Part shown: positions 9,769 through 19,290 of the stretch, one piece after another
How the letters are laid out: the number at the start of each line of letters is the position of its first letter
Numbering within the stretch: the first letter of the stretch is position 1
Source of the DNA: Candidatus Falkowbacteria bacterium
Lineage (GTDB): Bacteria > Patescibacteriota > Patescibacteriia > UBA11705 > JABHMO01
DNA length: 64,000 nucleotides
Assembly: GCA_018674305.1 (NCBI GenBank)
Contig: JABHAL010000015.1
Coordinates: 30,683-94,682 of the forward strand
Direction: 5' to 3'
Program-made: the position numbers and the translations under genes
The notes under the pieces: generated by a model
Databases searched by the model: none
Told to the model about the DNA's origin: nothing
What the model saw: only the letters and a program-made list of their open reading frames with translations

Positions 9769-10833
9769 TTATTTATTCGAACTTGCTTTTTGATAAAGAC
9801 CAATCCCCTTTTGGGTTATCTTTTCGGTTGCTTGGGTTTGGCAACCTTGTTCAATCTCTTCAAGAATTTTTGCTTCTTGTTCAGAAAAAGGTTCATACGG
9901 AATATGTAAATCCTTTGTTTTGTGAAATAGTCCAATTTCGGTCATTTTAAAATCAGTTTTTGAAAATTCAGGGTGGGCAGAAAAAAATTCATCAATAGTT
10001 TTATAATTTGTCTCAATCACTTGAAATTGTTCATCAGTTTCTGAAATTCTGTCTTCTAGCTCAGGTCTATTCAATAACATTTCAATCACCTCTCCATTAT
10101 TGAATTTTAACGTCTGAACTAATGGTTTAGGAGCAAGCTCACCTTTTTGAATTGCTTGTTCAAAAGCTTGATTGCGAAGTTGATCAAACTTGGCTTGATC
10201 AACTTTTTCAACCGTTGTTGGTTCTGGGCGAATGCCTTCAATTTCGCTTAAGTCTAAACTTGCTAACTGTTCACTGGAAAAAAACGTAGAATCGTCAGCT
10301 AGGTCGCGGTCTGGAATTACGTAACCGCCATCCGCTAGGCTCTCTATTATGTTAGCGATTTTTTCTGTGGGTGTGTGTTGAAGATCTTCGTCGTTTATGA
10401 CAACTCTTCGGCCGGAAAAGTAAACATTGAAATTTTCAGGCATGTTTTCTTTTTCAGTTGCATCGCCGGCAATGAAAGTTATCTTTCTTGGTTTACTTTT
10501 GTACTGAAATTCAACTGTTAACTTTTCTCCAGGTGCAACTTGTTTTTCGCTTGTCGAAATAGGTTCATCTGTTAATGCTTCGATAGCTTGTAAATCCCAA
10601 GCTAGTCTTTCTGCTTGTGCATAACCTGGGTCAACCAAAGTCCCTTCATCCAAATCAGTTGATTCAACAAGATATGGTATTTCTGAGTTATTAGCTCTCA
10701 TTGGGCAGGTTCCAGCACTGAATACAAGTTTCTTTTTAAATTGAAATCGTTCAGGGTCAGTAAAAAATTGATTCAGCCTTTGGGACAGATCAGGTTTGAC
10801 TTCTCTTTCAGGGTTTATCTGCTCGATTGACAT
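9769..10833 (-). CDS. Hypothetical acidic protein (354 aa)
   Basis: ORF with good coding periodicity; no motif recognised. Confidence 0.4.
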   Translation of the reverse strand: MSIEQINPEREVKPDLSQRLNQFFTDPERFQFKKKLVFSAGTCPMRANNSEIPYLVESTDLDEGTLVDPGYAQAERLAWDLQAIEALTDEPISTSEKQVAPGEKLTVEFQYKSKPRKITFIAGDATEKENMPENFNVYFSGRRVVINDEDLQHTPTEKIANIIESLADGGYVIPDRDLADDSTFFSSEQLASLDLSEIEGIRPEPTTVEKVDQAKFDQLRNQAFEQAIQKGELAPKPLVQTLKFNNGEVIEMLLNRPELEDRISETDEQFQVIETNYKTIDEFFSAHPEFSKTDFKMTEIGLFHKTKDLHIPYEPFSEQEAKILEEIEQGCQTQATEKITQKGIGLYQKASSNK

Positions 10834-10856
10834 AGATTAATTCTTCGCAAATAGAG

Positions 10857-11315
10857 TTAATTGTTGGGAGTACCTTTCAAAATCCTGGTAATTTCATCTT
10901 CTTGTCTGGCTCTTTCTTGTTCTTGTAATTTGTTTAATTCTGGCCAGAATAGTAAATCGTCTTTGTCTATAAAAAACATTGCACCATCATTCAACACTGT
11001 TCCTCCATGTTTTGATGAACCATTATATTTACAAAGAATACCAAATTCATTTGATGTTCCCATAACTGTAACAGTGGCACCTTCCTTGATAATACCCTCA
11101 TCGCTAGTTCCGTGTCCGGTTTTACCTCGGACAATTTTAACCCAGGGTAATTTAGTTTCAAAACCAAAGTTCGCCGATCCTCCAAGGACTGGAATTGTAA
11201 ATTTATCCCCAGGTTTTAATTCTTTTTTCTCGGCTTTTTTAAAAGAGGCAAAGTCAACAATTGTAGAGTTTTGAGGGCCTTCTTGTTCTGTGAGGTCCTT
11301 TTTTTCTTTATTCAT
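10857..11315 (-). CDS. Hypothetical protein (152 aa)
   Basis: ORF; no motif recognised. Confidence 0.4.
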   Translation of the reverse strand: MNKEKKDLTEQEGPQNSTIVDFASFKKAEKKELKPGDKFTIPVLGGSANFGFETKLPWVKIVRGKTGHGTSDEGIIKEGATVTVMGTSNEFGILCKYNGSSKHGGTVLNDGAMFFIDKDDLLFWPELNKLQEQERARQEDEITRILKGTPNN

Positions 11316-11322
11316 AGTTCTG

Positions 11323-12306
11323 TTAATTTAAATATAACTTCGTTTCCAACGCATAATTACGATCTGAATACTCCGCGTCACTATTCTTATTTTCATTAAT
11401 AACTTTTTGGGCGGTGTTAACTTTTGCGGATAGATTATCAATGTAAGCCAAAGCAAATGTTTCAGGAATCATAGGCTTTACTGGACTGCCGTATTCTAGT
11501 TTTTCGTGATGACCAAGAACAAGATTCAAAACTTTTGCTCTTAGCTCTGTTGGGAAGTTTTTTATTTTATCAATTTCTTTGTCAATTGAAATTACACCAA
11601 GAGAAATATGGCCGGCTAAATTTCCTTCAAGGGTTCGATAAATCGTGTGATCGATGGCCAACTCCTGCATTTTACCAATATCATGCAAAAGTATTCCTGT
11701 AATTAATAAATCACGGTTGAGATCTTCGAAGTCAGTTAGGATGCTGTTGCCGAGGTTTAACATTTCAACAACGTGTTCCATAAGACCACCAACGTAGGCA
11801 TGGTGAATGTTTTCAGCTCCAGGTGCTAATTTGAATTTTTCTGCAAAAGATTCTTCCTTGAAGAATGATTCAACAAGGCTTTTTAGATATTTCCCTTTGA
11901 TTAATTTAATATTAGCTTCAACAGTTTGCCAAAGTAATTCTTGATCTTTTTTTGATGTTGGCAAAAAATTAGATAAGTTAAAATCATCGGCTTGTTGAAG
12001 GAATGTGATTTTTATCTGTAGTTTATTGCGGAACTCGTCTATTGTGCCAGACAGTTCGACAACTTGTCCAAGTTTTGGCTCTTGGCAGTTTCCAAGATTA
12101 GATTCCCAGATTTTTCCCATTATTTCGCCGGTTTTATCGCCCAGCGTTAGGTCTGTGTAATCTTTGCCAGCAGAAGTTTTTCCGTTGCGAATACTTTTTA
12201 CAGCGAATTGTTCGTTGACTAATTTGTCTCCAGTTTGCAAATCTTCAATAAAATGTTTTCCATCAGAATTGCCATTTAGTGCTGAGACGAGTGAGGATTG
12301 GTTCAT
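11323..12306 (-). CDS. YhaM-like 3'-5' exoribonuclease / OB-fold plus HD-domain phosphohydrolase
   Basis: N-terminal OB-fold region followed by an HD motif (HHAYVGGLMEH...LLHDIGK). Confidence 0.55.
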   Translation of the reverse strand: MNQSSLVSALNGNSDGKHFIEDLQTGDKLVNEQFAVKSIRNGKTSAGKDYTDLTLGDKTGEIMGKIWESNLGNCQEPKLGQVVELSGTIDEFRNKLQIKITFLQQADDFNLSNFLPTSKKDQELLWQTVEANIKLIKGKYLKSLVESFFKEESFAEKFKLAPGAENIHHAYVGGLMEHVVEMLNLGNSILTDFEDLNRDLLITGILLHDIGKMQELAIDHTIYRTLEGNLAGHISLGVISIDKEIDKIKNFPTELRAKVLNLVLGHHEKLEYGSPVKPMIPETFALAYIDNLSAKVNTAQKVINENKNSDAEYSDRNYALETKLYLN

Positions 12307-12335
12307 AAAATCTAAATTGTTATATTGTTACATTG

Positions 12336-12893
12336 TTATACTGTTCCACCTTGGCTATTTTCACTGAAGACTATTGCTTCATATTTATAAAATTTTGTAG
12401 ATTTATCCGTCCAGCAAGTTTCACCTAGTCCAGCTTTTTGACAAAGCGTACCAAGGAACTTTTCTTTGCTAGATAAGCTTTCCCATACTTGTGGTAAATA
12501 AGTTGCTTTGTGTGGTCCTTGTTGGATAATCACGCCGTGTTTGCCTGCTTCAATATCTTCGAGTTGACATTCTTTGGCTGGAGTTAAAATAGAGATTTCG
12601 ATTTTAATTTCATCAAGTTCTTCAACAGAAACTTCTAGAAATCGGACATCCCTAGTGGCTGAGGCAACTGCGTTGTCGGCAATTGCGTCCCAAATACTGG
12701 AAACCGGCTCAATGTATCCAATGCAACCGCGTAATTCTTTTCCTTTGTGAAGCGAAACAAAAACACCCGCTGATTCTAGATAATTTGAATCAGGGCAATC
12801 CTGTTCAACTTTCTTGCCATCTTTTACAATATGAACTAATACTTGCCTGGCATAGCCAAGAAGTTCACTTTTTTGTTCATCTGTGAATTGCAT
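12336..12893 (-). CDS. AMMECR1-domain protein (AmmeMemoRadiSam system protein A-like)
   Basis: Hallmark LRGCIGYIEP motif. The ORF-track start at 12914 is a TTG; the first ATG is at 12893, just after a TATACT/TATAAT box (leaderless-type start). Confidence 0.8.
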   Translation of the reverse strand: MQFTDEQKSELLGYARQVLVHIVKDGKKVEQDCPDSNYLESAGVFVSLHKGKELRGCIGYIEPVSSIWDAIADNAVASATRDVRFLEVSVEELDEIKIEISILTPAKECQLEDIEAGKHGVIIQQGPHKATYLPQVWESLSSKEKFLGTLCQKAGLGETCWTDKSTKFYKYEAIVFSENSQGGTV

Positions 12894-13091
12894 ATTATAA
12901 TTTAAGTATAGCAATTTAAGTTAAAGAGTTCAAATGAAAAATAACCACTTGTGATTGTCGAGATTCCGGATCGTAGTCCGGAATGACGCTTGGGGGTGTT
13001 TTGAGGCATTGGGTAAAATCTGGAAGGACACTTTTGGTAACAGTTTTTTATGTTTGAATCTTCTTCTTTATTGTTATTCCATTCCTGGCTT

Positions 13092-13123
13092 GCCTGCCTA
13101 CCGTAGTTTTAACGAAGGTAGGA
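13092..13123. repeat. 31-nt hairpin element (cctacc-gtagttttaacgaa-ggtagg), member of a family also found at 63465-63495
   Basis: 26/31 identity to the reverse complement of 63465-63495, with a compensatory double change in the stem. Confidence 0.5.
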
Positions 13124-13153
13124 CCCGGAATCTAAAGCGTCTAAAGCGAATTT

Positions 13154-14188
13154 TTAAGATAAAAACATTCCATCACCAAAACTGTAAAAACGATATTTTA
13201 GTTTAATTGCTAATTTGTACAGTTGAAGTGTTTTTTGTCGGCCAATAAATGCGGAGACAAGCATTAGCAAACTAGATTTTGGTAAATGAAAATTGGTGAT
13301 CATGGCGTCGATGAATTTAAACTTATATCCGGGGTGAATGTAGATATTAGTTTTAAGATTTAAGTTTTTAGTGTTTGCTTTTTTGCTGGAAAAAATTGTC
13401 TCTAATGTTCGAACTGAGGTTGTCCCCACAGCAATAATTCGCCGACTTTGTTGTTTAGCTTTTTCTAAACTCTTAATTGTGACAGAGTCAACTTCAATGT
13501 ACTCGGTATGTATTTTGAAGTCTTCAATATTTTCAGTGTTTACTGGCGCAAAAGTTCCTAGGCCAACATGAAGTGTTATGAACTCCAATTGCACTCCCCT
13601 ATTTTTTAATTTTTTCAATAATCTGTTTGTGAAATGCAAGCCAGCTGTTGGCGCTGCAGCTGAACCATCTTTTTTTGCGTAAACAGTTTGGTATTGATCT
13701 TTGATCTTTGCCCCTTGCCCTTTGATCTTCCGAATGTAATGAGGTAATGGCACTTGCCCGATTTTGGCTAAAATGGCTCTAAATTTAGGACCTGCAAAAT
13801 TGAATTTTAAGAGCCAGGTTTTTTCACTAATCTTCTTAATCACCCCTGCTTGTAGACCATGTTCAAATCGCAGTTTTAAGCCGATTTTAGGCTTTCTGGT
13901 GCCCAACATTGCTTGCCAAATGTCGGTATCTTCTTGTTTTAATAATAATGCTTCAGCTTTTCCCCCAGTAGATTTATTGCCAAGTAAACGAGCTGGAATT
14001 ACTTTAGAATTATTAAATACCAAAACATCACCAGTTTGAAGGTATTTGTCTAAATTAAAAAACTTGTCATGAATGATTTTATCTTGATCTTTGTTATAAA
14101 CCAAAAGTCGTGAACTGTCTCGCGGTGAGGCTGGTTCATTGGCTATCAGTTTTGGTGGAAGATTGTAATTGAATAAAGATGTTTTCAT
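13154..14188 (-). CDS. queA: S-adenosylmethionine:tRNA ribosyltransferase-isomerase
   Basis: N-terminal YNLPPKLIA..., VGTTSVRTLE and the overall QueA layout. Confidence 0.9.
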   Translation of the reverse strand: MKTSLFNYNLPPKLIANEPASPRDSSRLLVYNKDQDKIIHDKFFNLDKYLQTGDVLVFNNSKVIPARLLGNKSTGGKAEALLLKQEDTDIWQAMLGTRKPKIGLKLRFEHGLQAGVIKKISEKTWLLKFNFAGPKFRAILAKIGQVPLPHYIRKIKGQGAKIKDQYQTVYAKKDGSAAAPTAGLHFTNRLLKKLKNRGVQLEFITLHVGLGTFAPVNTENIEDFKIHTEYIEVDSVTIKSLEKAKQQSRRIIAVGTTSVRTLETIFSSKKANTKNLNLKTNIYIHPGYKFKFIDAMITNFHLPKSSLLMLVSAFIGRQKTLQLYKLAIKLKYRFYSFGDGMFLS

Positions 14189-14270
14189 GGTTTTAGTATA
14201 AAGGACAAACTAAAAAGTTTCAACAGTGTTTGTTCGGTGCAAAGATGTCTCGCTTCCCGATTCACTTTGT

Positions 14271-14311
14271 GAAAATAAAAAAAAGGACAACCTTGTGTTA
14301 CAAGATTGTCC
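14271..14311 (-). terminator. Rho-independent terminator of the helicase gene
   Basis: ggacaaccttg/caagattgtcc hairpin followed on the minus strand by a T8 run. Confidence 0.7.
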
Positions 14312-14320
14312 TTGGTTTGT

Positions 14321-17230
14321 TTAAGCTTCGAGTTCCTCCATGATCTCGAGAGCTTCGTTTTCAAATTTGTCAATTTTTTCAGATAGCTGAGTAATTTTCT
14401 TTTCAGCGTTTGTCCAGGCTCGTTGATGTTCGAGTGTTATCCCGTTGCCATCATATGCCTTTTGGTAGTCGACCATAGCTTGATCACGAATTGCAATTTG
14501 CGCTGTGATTTTGGCTCTGGTCATTTCCGTTTGTTCAATCAACCAGTCAGCACGAGCTTGCGTTTTTCCAGTGGGAATAACGGGCTCGTTGGTTTCAACC
14601 ATTGGCTCAGCCATGTCTTTCTTGAATTCTTTCCGTCGCCGAGCATTACCCTTATCAGACTTTTTCCTGGGTGTCGCCGCCGTGTTGCTTTCAAAATCGT
14701 TATTGAAACGACTGCCAGAACTTGGCATGTGGCGGATCGGATAAATCGTCGGTAATGGACGAATGGGTCTGGGCATAGGTTGAGTTCGCGTTATAGAACG
14801 TCTGAAGATCCCAGATAACGCATTTCGAAATGAGATGTTACCAGGTTCACTAACGCCATTAAAGTTAACATGACCAGTTTCAAAACCATTCGGTTGAACA
14901 GGCGCATGCCCTTCTGGAATTCGTGACTTCGGAATTTTCAGGCTGATACCCTTTTCTTTTGCTAACTCAACGGTGTATACACCAGTTCCTAGAATCAGTC
15001 GAGAGTATTCATCTCGTGCAGTACTTATGCTGGAGTAGCGTGAAGTACCAACAATTGCTCGGATAACGATTTGATTATGTCTTTCAATATCATCATCCAA
15101 GTCTCCCAACTGATTGTACGCCAGTCTGTCGATGAATGAACTTTCAAGGCTGGTCAGTAGTTCAGGTGTAAGATGTTTATCTGGAATTCTGTCGTCATTG
15201 TCTTCTACAACGAAAAGATTTTCCATTCCTAAACCTGGATAGTACCAGCTGATATTCACACCGCCGTAGGGACTACAGCTTGCATTGTGAATATATGGTT
15301 CACTAAAAACAGTTTCCAGATCCTGCATAGTCAGGAACACACCTTCCATATTGTGGAACGTTCCGTTTCGTTGGGTTCGGATAGTATGAACCGAACCATA
15401 CATAGGTAGGCGTTGTCCGCTTTTTCTACATACTGAAGTTTTGGACAGTTCCACTGTGTCAATACTCCAGCCGCTTCTTTGCTCACGCAGAATTCCACGT
15501 TGATTGGCTAATTCCATTGCATCAACCTTGATCAGAAGCTGTTTAAAGTTAGCTTCTAATTCGGGGGTGATTTCCGGAAGGTCCTCTTGGAATCGGAATA
15601 GCGGAATTTTAAGTGCCCGGAGAATGCTGCTGACTGCAATCAGCGTGCTATCCACAGACTTGTAGTAAATCCCATGTTCAATTGCCCAGCTTCGGTATTC
15701 GCGCTTCAGTCCAAAGACGGAAGTTCCGTCCTGATGATTCTTGCGAATATAGCCAAAGCTTTCCAGTGCATGAATTACGATGTTGTATTTAGTCAGTAAA
15801 TCATTGCATGGAACAATGAATTCGTCGATGTCGTACTTACCATCACGGTTTAGCATGGAGTACAAGCTTGAGGTGGCGGCGCAAACCATAACTAGCGGTA
15901 ACAATTCATTACTCGACTGAGCAAGATGTTCACCCCAGATTCTGGCCACCGGGAACTTTTCAACTTTCTGACCGTAGTCAGTCAGTTTATTGTCCCTGGA
16001 AATTAGACCTCGCTTGACTAGCATAAGCCAAACCTGGCGATATCGATCATGATCAATTCCACCAATAGGATCCAACTCATCCAAGTCAATTTCCATTCTT
16101 GCACAAGTCAGAGCAACCTGTTCGAGGTCACCAGCCAGTACAAATTCCGGAACCACAGGCTTTAACGTGTGGTAGTCAACCTCATATTCAGTAAGAATGT
16201 CGATTTGACCACCAACAACGCGACCGTGCACACGTCCACCCATTTGTAGGATGAAGTTGGAATCAAGCGCTCGCTTTTCCAGCGCTTTAACTCCTGTGTA
16301 CTTGTCCACCACTTCAGTGAACATTTCATTATGAATCACGACCCAGTCCAGTCCCTGAACATTCAGGGAAGAAGAACCAGCAATGGTCATAAATATAATG
16401 AACGGTTTCTTGACTTCACCACGCATGTACTTGTACAGCTTGTCTGCTGACTCGCCACCGTGGTAGAAATCAGTGTGTAGAGTTGAATTCCCATCATATT
16501 TTCTGGCCATCTTCTCGCACATGGCGCGGGTTGGTAGAAACACTACCATGCCACGCTGTCCGGAAATGACCTTGTCCAGATTGCCCATGTCATCGAGAAA
16601 GTACTCAACCCAGGGTTTTCTGGTGTTAATGCCAAGACCGTACCGTTGATAGGTAAAAAGATGACAGTTAACAGTTGCTTCTTTACCAGGTTCTACATGT
16701 TCACATTCAATTATCTGGCGGGTGCCAAAGTAATCAAGGTAAACAGTTGAATCGATGGTCGCACTCATCCAGCTTACTTGAATTTTCTTGTACTTGGCTA
16801 GAGCCATAACAAGTTCCAGATGTTCACTGGTTTGATGCACTTCATCGATGATCACTACATCACCGCCGTCATTCTTGATGATTCCGGCTTTGAGATAGTT
16901 CATGGCTACTCCAGTAGTACAGATGACCACTGGGCACTGCCAAGTGTAGGATGTTGCTTCATCTTCACTGGTGACAATATCGTATTGAAATTTGTCACCA
17001 AAATGTTGTTGGCAAATGTCGCGCAGAAAAACAGTTTTTCCTACGCCGGTGCCAGCTACAATTCCAAACGATTCCTCGAGTTTTCCCAACTCGAGGAGCT
17101 TTGTGGCAAAGGTTTTTCTGAGATAGGTCTCGATTGGACCGTTCTCAAAGATTGCCTTCACAGTTCTAGTGTGGGCTCTCATCGGAGCTACGATCCAAAT
17201 TCGATTGACCTTGCTCATCTTTTCCTCCAA
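14321..17230 (-). CDS. DExH-box (DEAH/RHA, HrpA/HrpB-like) superfamily 2 helicase, 969 aa with a long C-terminal extension; compositionally GC-rich
   Basis: Motif I AGTGVGKT, motif II IIDEVH, motif III SAT, motif VI QMGGRVHGR; HA2-like segment FPVARIWGEHL...VCAATSS. About 45% GC by eye against about 33% in the flanks. Confidence 0.7.
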   Translation of the reverse strand: MEEKMSKVNRIWIVAPMRAHTRTVKAIFENGPIETYLRKTFATKLLELGKLEESFGIVAGTGVGKTVFLRDICQQHFGDKFQYDIVTSEDEATSYTWQCPVVICTTGVAMNYLKAGIIKNDGGDVVIIDEVHQTSEHLELVMALAKYKKIQVSWMSATIDSTVYLDYFGTRQIIECEHVEPGKEATVNCHLFTYQRYGLGINTRKPWVEYFLDDMGNLDKVISGQRGMVVFLPTRAMCEKMARKYDGNSTLHTDFYHGGESADKLYKYMRGEVKKPFIIFMTIAGSSSLNVQGLDWVVIHNEMFTEVVDKYTGVKALEKRALDSNFILQMGGRVHGRVVGGQIDILTEYEVDYHTLKPVVPEFVLAGDLEQVALTCARMEIDLDELDPIGGIDHDRYRQVWLMLVKRGLISRDNKLTDYGQKVEKFPVARIWGEHLAQSSNELLPLVMVCAATSSLYSMLNRDGKYDIDEFIVPCNDLLTKYNIVIHALESFGYIRKNHQDGTSVFGLKREYRSWAIEHGIYYKSVDSTLIAVSSILRALKIPLFRFQEDLPEITPELEANFKQLLIKVDAMELANQRGILREQRSGWSIDTVELSKTSVCRKSGQRLPMYGSVHTIRTQRNGTFHNMEGVFLTMQDLETVFSEPYIHNASCSPYGGVNISWYYPGLGMENLFVVEDNDDRIPDKHLTPELLTSLESSFIDRLAYNQLGDLDDDIERHNQIVIRAIVGTSRYSSISTARDEYSRLILGTGVYTVELAKEKGISLKIPKSRIPEGHAPVQPNGFETGHVNFNGVSEPGNISFRNALSGIFRRSITRTQPMPRPIRPLPTIYPIRHMPSSGSRFNNDFESNTAATPRKKSDKGNARRRKEFKKDMAEPMVETNEPVIPTGKTQARADWLIEQTEMTRAKITAQIAIRDQAMVDYQKAYDGNGITLEHQRAWTNAEKKITQLSEKIDKFENEALEIMEELEA

Positions 17231-17295
17231 AATTAGAATAAATTTTCAAAAAACAATATCATAGAATTATAGCATTAATATTCAGTTTTGTCAAT

Positions 17296-17330
17296 ATAAA
17301 AAAGAGGCTTTTTTAGAGCCTCTTTTTTTA
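17296..17330. terminator. Rho-independent terminator (aagaggct/agcctctt) usable in both directions
   Basis: Perfect 8-bp stem flanked by an A-run and a T-run, lying between convergent and divergent units. Confidence 0.7.
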
Positions 17331-17349
17331 TCTAAATTTACTTTTGAAT

Positions 17350-18660
17350 TTAGGTCATGGCAAGTATAGCAATAAGAATCACAAAAAGGATTGCGCTAAT
17401 AATAACTATATCTAATAATACTGATACAAAAGCTCTCCATCCACCTTTGCTGGCAAAGATTGCTGGAACTCCAAAAATCAAGAATAAATAAATCAGAAAC
17501 AAGACAATTACACCAATTAGAATCATTGACTCAAAACCGTCGGGCAAAACTTTATGCCAACGAATATCATCTAGCCAGTTTAATGCATAAGTTAAAGCAA
17601 ATAAACACAGAGAGGCAACAAAAGCCCAGGTTAAATATTGTCCATTAAAAAGATTTATTTGTGAATCATGATCTTTGGGTTTGTGTGTTGGTTCTACATG
17701 TGGCTTATCCATTTTTGGTTTTCTGTCACTGAAGTGTCGGTTCAAGAAATACAGTCCGACAATTAACAATATTAAAATTATAATTGTAGTTAAAATGCGA
17801 CCAAGGTTCAGTCTTAGCTTAGACGTTGCATATGTACCAGGAACATTAAAAGTTTCGTCTGGTGCTAGATCCGTTCCTTTCTTGTTAATTGTACCAGAGT
17901 AACCGATTCTTCTTGAAGCTTCATCAAGACTTTTGTTTGAAAAGCTGGTTGCTCCCAATCCAGCTGATTCGCCAACTGTCATCATATCAGTATCATAATT
18001 TACAGTTGTCTTTTGTCCACGCATTTCTAAATCTGCATCAGTGCTAATTGCCACGTTTAATTCCTTGATTCTGACGGGAGCTTTTAGATTATTAAAATTG
18101 AACTTAAATAAACCTCCCCACTTCTCTTCAACATAACTCTTGGAATAATATGATAGAACAACAGCTCCTTGTTTGTCTGGTGCAACCGTTTGTTCAAGGT
18201 TAATCAAAATGGAATCACCATTAGTTTGTGATTTTAGTTTAAAATATTTGGCACTGCCTTTTGAATTACCGTAATAATAGCGATTGTTTTGGTAATAGTT
18301 TGGGTCTGAATATTTTTTACAATCGTTAGCTTTAGTTTCTTTATTGTAAACTGATTCATCGCAAACTTGGGGTAGAACTTGTTGATAAGTCATTAGTTCA
18401 TATAGCTGATCGTCTGAGGAAAATTTCAACTCTGATAAATCATTGTCAGAAAAGTTTGTAAAAGCAATTCTGGCAGTGATAACTGCTTCACCATTACCAC
18501 GCATAGTTACAGAATAGTTGTGCTTTTGACCAAAAATGATACCACCAACAGAACTGTCAGGTGATGGTGGAACTGGCATAATTTCAATTTCTTGGGCTAA
18601 AGTCAAAGCAGGACACAAAAGTAGGAGCAAAATAAAACTTGAAACAAAAAGTTTTTTCAT
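17350..18660 (-). CDS. Exported protein with N-terminal signal peptide and C-terminal TM anchors (hypothetical)
   Basis: MKKLFVSSFILLLLLCPALTLAQE signal peptide; 3 C-terminal hydrophobic helices. Confidence 0.4.
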   Translation of the reverse strand: MKKLFVSSFILLLLLCPALTLAQEIEIMPVPPSPDSSVGGIIFGQKHNYSVTMRGNGEAVITARIAFTNFSDNDLSELKFSSDDQLYELMTYQQVLPQVCDESVYNKETKANDCKKYSDPNYYQNNRYYYGNSKGSAKYFKLKSQTNGDSILINLEQTVAPDKQGAVVLSYYSKSYVEEKWGGLFKFNFNNLKAPVRIKELNVAISTDADLEMRGQKTTVNYDTDMMTVGESAGLGATSFSNKSLDEASRRIGYSGTINKKGTDLAPDETFNVPGTYATSKLRLNLGRILTTIIILILLIVGLYFLNRHFSDRKPKMDKPHVEPTHKPKDHDSQINLFNGQYLTWAFVASLCLFALTYALNWLDDIRWHKVLPDGFESMILIGVIVLFLIYLFLIFGVPAIFASKGGWRAFVSVLLDIVIISAILFVILIAILAMT

Positions 18661-19109
18661 ACATTGGATTTAATGATTTTTTGACAGTTATTTAAAATAT
18701 TTTTGCCGGACATAGTATCATCATACTCCTTCCCTATTTTTTCAAATATGACTTGATGGTCTGGTGAAATTAAAATCACCGCTGGTTTACTGGTGATATG
18801 ATCTTTGAATTTGGTTTTTAGTTTAAAATAATCAATCACAGAAAATTCAGTGTCTGATAAAATTGGAAACTTTAATCTGAGAAAAGTTTTAAGTAAACTA
18901 GATTTAAACTTAGTGTCCGGTGAAATTGCTAGAGGTTTTATATTCGAGGAAGTAAACTCATTAATTAAGCTGTTAACTTCAACTAATTGCCTTTTGCACA
19001 AATTACACCAGGCTCCACGAAAAAAGATTAATAGTAAATAATCTGATCCCTGGTATTGTTCAAAATTTAATATTGAATCGTCGTTGTTTTGTAGTTCTAA
19101 GTTTTGCAT
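18657..19109 (-). CDS. Thioredoxin-fold redoxin (AhpC/TSA-like thiol-disulfide oxidoreductase)
   Basis: GAWCNLC CxxC motif in a thioredoxin-like context; 4-nt overlap with the downstream exported protein gene. Confidence 0.55.
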   Translation of the reverse strand: MQNLELQNNDDSILNFEQYQGSDYLLLIFFRGAWCNLCKRQLVEVNSLINEFTSSNIKPLAISPDTKFKSSLLKTFLRLKFPILSDTEFSVIDYFKLKTKFKDHITSKPAVILISPDHQVIFEKIGKEYDDTMSGKNILNNCQKIIKSNV

Positions 19110-19290
19110 TATAAAAGGTGTGAGATTATAGTTGTAAGTTAATAGTTTAAGTATAGCAGTAAATTCAGAACTTTTGTAGCCTTGACAATGAGGGATTATT
19201 GTGATAAGTTTATTTTACTAGTTTAAGGTAATGAAATTGAATAGTAATTGATTCGCTGAAATTGAATTTTAACAAGATGGAGGGATTACA

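Noticed and set aside
12955-13206. 83-aa plus-strand ORF in the queA-AMMECR1 spacer
   Set aside because: The region is dominated by hairpins and repeats and overlaps the queA 3' end; it is treated as structured non-coding DNA.
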